Assembly: GCA_963727825.1 (NCBI GenBank)
Contig: CAVSHO010000009.1
Span: 544,001-608,000 of the forward strand
DNA from: Ignavibacteriota bacterium
GTDB lineage: Bacteria; Bacteroidota; Ignavibacteria; UBA10030
Length of the DNA: 64,000 nucleotides
Direction: 5' to 3'
This document shows positions 59,253 through 64,000 of the stretch, in pieces. Each line of letters starts with the position of its first letter. The first letter of the stretch is position 1. The notes beneath the pieces were generated by a model. That model was given only the letters and a program-made list of their open reading frames with translations, was not told the DNA's origin and did no database searches. The translations under genes and the position numbers were made by a program.

Positions 59253-59708
59253 ATGATAATCAATATCCGACGCGCTACAGATTCCGATGCGGTTATCATT
59301 GCCGACTTTAATGCATTGATAGCAAAGGAAACAGAGAATGTTAAATTAGACCTTGAACACCTGCGAAAAGGTATAGAAGCTTTACTCGCTGATTCGTCGA
59401 AAGGCATTTATTACGTCGCAGAAATCGACGGCAAAGTTGTCGGACAATTAATGGTTACGTACGAGTGGAGCGACTGGCGCAATGCTACATTTTGGTGGAT
59501 TCAAAGCGTTTTTGTTCATCCAGCATATCGCAAACAACAAATATTCCGTTCTCTTTATCAATATGTCGAATCAATTGCTCGAAAGCGCGGTGATGTGTGC
59601 GGTCTACGTCTGTACGTTGACAGATCGAACAAGCTTGCACAAAAAACGTACATAGCACTCGGTATGCAGCACTCGCATTATCAGATGATGGACAGAGACT
59701 TTTTTTAA
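59253..59708 (+). CDS. GNAT family N-acetyltransferase
   Basis: TYEWSDWRN, WIQSVFVHPAYRKQQIF, RLYVDRSN. Confidence 0.92.
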   Translation: MIINIRRATDSDAVIIADFNALIAKETENVKLDLEHLRKGIEALLADSSKGIYYVAEIDGKVVGQLMVTYEWSDWRNATFWWIQSVFVHPAYRKQQIFRSLYQYVESIARKRGDVCGLRLYVDRSNKLAQKTYIALGMQHSHYQMMDRDFF

Positions 59709-59884
59709 AAATGTATACTATTCAGTATTCCTTTTAACAACTTAATGTTTTCTAAAAATCCCTAACCTCCTTTTCATGTCCGAACTGTAATCTGCTCTAT
59801 GTCCTTGGAACTTTAATGGGTGAAAGGACGTTTGAATTTGTACAATTTAGCATATTCAATTTTCATACCACGAGGAGAAAGAAA

Positions 59885-60535
59885 ATGAAGATCGGCATTC
59901 TTGGAACAGGAATAGTTGGCAGTACAATCGGGACCAAACTTATTCAACTCGGACATGATGTTAAAATGGGATCGCGGACAGCAACGAATGAGAAGGCAAT
60001 CTCCTGGACACAAAAGAATGGAATTCATGCTTCACAGGGAACTTTCGCCGCCGCTGCTGCATTCGGTGAAATTGTATTTAATTGTACGCATGGCGTTGCA
60101 TCGTTAGAGGCGCTAAATCTTGCTGGTGTAAACAATTTCAAATATAAAATTCTTATTGATATTGCCAATGCTCTTGATTTCTCCAAAGGAATGCCTCCAT
60201 CGCTTGCTGTGAGCAATACGGATTCCCTCGGTGAGCAAATACAACAGGCAGTTCCCGATGCAAAAGTGGTCAAGACTCTTAATACCGTAAATTGCAATAT
60301 AATGGTAAATCCTAGGCTTGTAGCCGATGGAGATCATGATATTTTCATCTGTGGAAACGATGCTGGCGCAAAAGTAAAGGTAGAAGAAATTCTAAAAGAT
60401 TGGTTCGGATGGAAATCTGTAATTGATCTTGGTGATATTACCACAGCACGAGCAACAGAAATGCTGCTTCCACTTTGGATAATTTTGATGGAAAAATTTC
60501 AAAGTCCTCATTTTAACTTCAAGATTGTACATTAA
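59885..60535 (+). CDS. NADP oxidoreductase, F420-dependent-like family
   Basis: MKIGILGTGIVG, GSR, IDIAN, VVKTLNT, DLGDI. AGGAG RBS supports start 59885. Confidence 0.9.
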   Translation: MKIGILGTGIVGSTIGTKLIQLGHDVKMGSRTATNEKAISWTQKNGIHASQGTFAAAAAFGEIVFNCTHGVASLEALNLAGVNNFKYKILIDIANALDFSKGMPPSLAVSNTDSLGEQIQQAVPDAKVVKTLNTVNCNIMVNPRLVADGDHDIFICGNDAGAKVKVEEILKDWFGWKSVIDLGDITTARATEMLLPLWIILMEKFQSPHFNFKIVH

Positions 60536-60584
60536 ATAAGATGACAGTACAAAAGGCCACGCATCGAGAGTAGAAAAAGCTCCT

Positions 60585-60714
60585 TTACGCCACTTCTACC
60601 GTTTTGTGTTGAACGCAGTTTTTTAGCTACATTAATAATTCGAATTACGTCTTGAGCTTTTTCCGGTTTCACCGCCAATTTCTCTCCGTTAACAATACTA
60701 TCAAAAATGTTAAT
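60585..60714 (-). pseudogene. Possible C-terminal remnant of a Gfo/Idh/MocA oxidoreductase
   Basis: Minus strand NIFDSIVNGEKLAVKPEKAQDVIRIINVAKK resembles the C-terminal helix of YdgJ-like oxidoreductases. Confidence 0.4.
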
Positions 60715-60780
60715 GTTAAACTTCCATTTAAAAAATATCGGGAATATACACGAACATTTAAACTCCAGATTAATACTGGT

Positions 60781-60809
60781 TTGACTTGTTTATTCTTTCA
60801 CTGTATCTT
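60781..60809 (+). promoter_or_regulatory. Sigma70-type promoter
   Basis: TTGACT-17 nt-TATCTT. Supports start ATG 60838. Confidence 0.6.
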
Positions 60810-60837
60810 TATAAAAGTTTTTGAGAGATCAAATTAT

Positions 60838-61959
60838 ATGCATCGATTAAAGCCTAAAGTCTTCTTTATTATTTATATCGGACTAATGTTAATGCTGCCT
60901 CTTAGTCTACGTTCACAGACAAATGCGAATTTTGATTTCTCGCTAGGTGTTGATTATAGTGCAGCCGAACAGATGTTAGATTATTTTGACCATCTCACTG
61001 GAAACACAAAGTATGTTGCAAATCTTCGCGGTAATCGACTCGCTGCAGCAACAAGTGTAATGCTTGCACGCACAGAAAAAACCAGCGACGACTTCTGCCA
61101 GCAGCTTGAACTGGCGCGGAATAATACAAGATTTGAAAGTGATGTATATGGTTTTTCACCTGCAAAAAACCACATTCAAGAGATTCGAAAGCTCCTTATT
61201 GAAATCAAGCACCGGCAGCTGGACCGCCGAATAGTAGCAACAGTCGCCTCATTCTTTCCAGAACAAGCGAAAATATCTACCAGATTTTCCGTTTACTTCG
61301 TTGTGATAGGAAACGAACGCGCTTCAGCGTTTGTCCGGCACGTCATTTGGAATTATGATGTTCCAACTTTTGTCGGTGACGAGCAAGGTGAACCTATCAT
61401 CGTTGTTAATCTAGCTCGTATTATCGAAGGTCCTAAAAACCTGGAAGCTCAATTTATTGAAGTGCTGAGCACAACAGCACATGAGTGTTTTCATGCTGTC
61501 TTTTCTGTTTTACAAAAATCTCTGCCAGATTCAACCAAAGCAAAAAATGTAGCCGATCTATTACTAGATGTAGTGCAAAACGAAGGCGTAGCTTACTACC
61601 TTTCCTTGGAAACTCATATCGGAGATAGAACTCCTTCACAGCAATGGTTTAATGTGACCGCGCAAGCAGTGGAAATGTTGAATCGTGCTTTATTAGAAAT
61701 GTGTTCACCAAATTTAACCCGATCTCGAGCCCAAGAATTGATGATGAATGCCAACCTTTCAGGTTCAATCGAAGGCAATTACGGCGCCACTGCAGGTATG
61801 CGCATGGCGTACGAGATAGATAAACACCTCGGCAGGCCTGCTCTGACAGCAACTTTAATGACTGGAAGTCGCTCATTTATTTCAACATACATACAAGCAT
61901 GCCTTCGCGATGGAGCACTGCCACAATTTGATAAACAATTGCAGCCTTTGTTGCATTAA
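60838..61959 (+). CDS. Exported putative zinc metalloprotease (gluzincin, DUF5700-like)
   Basis: Signal peptide, AHECFH, and downstream NEGVA third-ligand motif. Confidence 0.8.
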   Translation: MHRLKPKVFFIIYIGLMLMLPLSLRSQTNANFDFSLGVDYSAAEQMLDYFDHLTGNTKYVANLRGNRLAAATSVMLARTEKTSDDFCQQLELARNNTRFESDVYGFSPAKNHIQEIRKLLIEIKHRQLDRRIVATVASFFPEQAKISTRFSVYFVVIGNERASAFVRHVIWNYDVPTFVGDEQGEPIIVVNLARIIEGPKNLEAQFIEVLSTTAHECFHAVFSVLQKSLPDSTKAKNVADLLLDVVQNEGVAYYLSLETHIGDRTPSQQWFNVTAQAVEMLNRALLEMCSPNLTRSRAQELMMNANLSGSIEGNYGATAGMRMAYEIDKHLGRPALTATLMTGSRSFISTYIQACLRDGALPQFDKQLQPLLH

Positions 61960-62119
61960 GAAGAGTTACTTATTACAAATGTTTTTTTAATTTTATTCCC
62001 TATCCAATATTTTTTCGATTGTTGAGAATCCATTAAATGTTAGGATAATTTCTATATAAAAATTTAATGTAGTAAAACAACCAAACTTTGGAAATGGGTG
62101 TTAAAGGAGGATAATTATC

Positions 62120-63277
62120 ATGAGCACAAATATATTGCCGACACAATATGCGCCAGCCGAGCGGGCAAGCACAGAATATCTAGAGCGTCAGATTGAATAT
62201 TTTAGAAGCATTCCTTTGCAATGCGAGGTACTAAATGCTGTGCCGGGTATAGTAGTTATTCTAAATGGAAACCGGCAAATTGTCTTCGCAAATCGCGCGC
62301 TAATCAATTTTGTAGAATCGCTAAAAGACGGTTCTCCTCTTGGAAAACGGCCGGGTGAAGTGTTGCATTGTACGCATGCATTAGAGAGCGAGGGGGGATG
62401 TGGTACAACGGAATTCTGTCGTAATTGTGGTGCAGTACGAGCCATTCTTGCAAGTCAGAAAGGTAATGCCAACGTGAGGGAATGTTTGATTTCGCGCGTT
62501 GGCGATTTAAATCCACTTGAACTAAGCGTCTCGGCAACGCCAATTACACTAAGTGAGGAAATGTACACTATCTTTGCAGTCACGGATATCAGCCACGAAA
62601 AACGTCGTCGTGCACTGGAGCGTATTTTCTTCCACGATGTAATGAATACTGCAGGCGGATTAAACTTGTATCTGGAAATGTTTGAAAAAGTAAATCCACA
62701 GGAACATGAAGAGTTCAAAAGTACAATGGGAGTTTTAACACGTCAGCTTATCGATGAGATCAAAGCACAACGAGATCTTGCTGCCGCGGAAAATAATGAA
62801 ATGAAAGTGACGCCAACATTGATTAATTCGTTAAATTTTATACAAAAGCAGTGCGAGATTTATCGAGATCTCACCCTTGTAGAAAATCTAACAATTCGAA
62901 TCGATTCAAATGCTGCGCGAGTTACACTCACATCCGATGCCACGATACTAGGGCGTGTATTGGGAAACATGATCAAAAACGCGCTCGAAGCATCTTTAAC
63001 AGATAATACAGTTACAGTTGGGTGTAATCAACAAACGGGCCAGGTGGCGTTTTGGGTTCACAACTCGACATTTATTCCGCGCGATGTACAACTGCAAATG
63101 TTCCAGCGATCATTTTCCACAAAAGGTTTGGACCGCGGACTTGGTACTTATAGTATGAAATTATTAGGTGAACAGTATCTGCATGGAAAAGTTGAATTTA
63201 CCACATCACGAGAAGAAGGAACAACATTTCGATTGATAATACCGATTGAATTTAATGTTGATAAGAACGCCGCATAG
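62120..63277 (+). CDS. Cytoplasmic sensor histidine kinase with Cys-rich PAS domain
   Basis: PAS VLNAVPGIVVILN...AN, insert HCTH..GCG..CRNC, H-box FFHDVMN, N-box NMIKNALEA, FSTK, GLGTY. AAGGAGG RBS. Confidence 0.93.
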   Translation: MSTNILPTQYAPAERASTEYLERQIEYFRSIPLQCEVLNAVPGIVVILNGNRQIVFANRALINFVESLKDGSPLGKRPGEVLHCTHALESEGGCGTTEFCRNCGAVRAILASQKGNANVRECLISRVGDLNPLELSVSATPITLSEEMYTIFAVTDISHEKRRRALERIFFHDVMNTAGGLNLYLEMFEKVNPQEHEEFKSTMGVLTRQLIDEIKAQRDLAAAENNEMKVTPTLINSLNFIQKQCEIYRDLTLVENLTIRIDSNAARVTLTSDATILGRVLGNMIKNALEASLTDNTVTVGCNQQTGQVAFWVHNSTFIPRDVQLQMFQRSFSTKGLDRGLGTYSMKLLGEQYLHGKVEFTTSREEGTTFRLIIPIEFNVDKNAA

Positions 63278-63287
63278 AGATTTACTT

Positions 63288-64000
63288 TTATAATGCTTGT
63301 CTGCTAAGAAACAAAGCTGCAATTACAACAGGCACGAGCAATAGAGATAGAAATAATGTCAGTTCTTGAATCCCTAACACCGGCAACAACATAGAACATG
63401 TTGTTAGCGCGCCGATAGATGAGCCAAACACATCAAATGCGTAAATACTTCCAACGTTTGATGAACCGTGAAGATAAAATCGATTCACTAGTCCGAAAAT
63501 AATTCCAATCATTCCACCGCTAAAGATCGTGACAATAAGTGTGATAGGAATAAAATGTGCAAGCAATAAAAAGTCCAGTAGCTTTGGCAAGAGAAGCACA
63601 ACGCCGAAAAGTGTTATCAACATCGCGAGCAAGAGAGTCTCTTGTTTATATTTCTTGATAAGCCATGAAGCAGCCAACGTGCCCAATGCTAAACCAAGCA
63701 TGTTTGCAGCGATCATAGCACCGACCATTTCATAGATCGAACCGAATGCCTCCTGAAAGTTTAACAAGAAAAGAAGATTCAGCGCCATGCCGGTCATTCC
63801 ACAGATAGCTATAATTGCGGCGAGCTTGGTTTGTTTTTGTTTCTCTGATCGTCCCCGATGTAAAAATATAAGCAATAACATTATTATAGAACCAATACCG
63901 CCCACAACGAAAATCCAAAAGCGCGTAATGTATGAAAAGAACTGATTATCACCTTGCAGGAATCGATTCCAAAGCAATAGATCAAAATAATATGTCACTG
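63288..64000 (-). CDS. C-terminal membrane part of a fused spermidine-synthase-like/MFS-like protein, 5' end outside the window
   Basis: FQEAFGSIYEMVG, MLGLALG, IYAFDVFGSSIGA, LLPVLG. Confidence 0.7.
   Translation of the reverse strand, partial: VTYYFDLLLWNRFLQGDNQFFSYITRFWIFVVGGIGSIIMLLLIFLHRGRSEKQKQTKLAAIIAICGMTGMALNLLFLLNFQEAFGSIYEMVGAMIAANMLGLALGTLAASWLIKKYKQETLLLAMLITLFGVVLLLPKLLDFLLLAHFIPITLIVTIFSGGMIGIIFGLVNRFYLHGSSNVGSIYAFDVFGSSIGALTTCSMLLPVLGIQELTLFLSLLLVPVVIAALFLSRQAL

Noticed and set aside
259-63918. Numerous 60-145 aa ORFs overlapping assigned genes on the opposite strand or in other frames
   Set aside because: They have no recognisable motifs and are nested in well-supported genes, so I treated them as shadow ORFs.
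1-64000. CRISPR array, tRNA/rRNA, transposase, integrase, prophage or known defence system
   Set aside because: By eye I saw no regularly spaced direct repeats, RNA gene signatures or such protein motifs. A tRNAscan/Infernal/DefenseFinder run would be needed to exclude them formally.

Overview
A gene-dense bacterial chromosomal segment of moderate GC, read in the standard genetic code. Gene content and style suggest an Ignavibacteria/Chlorobi-related member of the Bacteroidota superphylum (inference only). Housekeeping genes include aroQ, rsmA, mfd, typA, ldh, rsgA, a complete trpEGDCFBA operon and a complete MoxR-DUF58-Bat operon. These are interspersed with transport, hydrolase and signalling genes and a small accessory patch at about 14-20 kb. 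I found no rRNA, tRNA, CRISPR array or transposase. Features missing from the ORF track: (1) a trp attenuator with a 31-aa WWW leader peptide, its promoter and its terminator; (2) two unlinked signalling proteins sharing an identically spaced C-x9-C-x5-C-x2-C PAS insert, a candidate metal/Fe-S sensing system and the best novelty candidate here; (3) a PadR operator inside a consensus promoter; (4) a possible AGGA-rich sRNA upstream of mfd; (5) several REP-like palindromes, one nested, and degenerate heptamer repeats, one inside mfd; (6) short gene remnants; (7) four apparent +1 frameshifts in a PP2C gene and dedA that may be assembly errors. All product calls come from motif recognition by eye, not from database searches.
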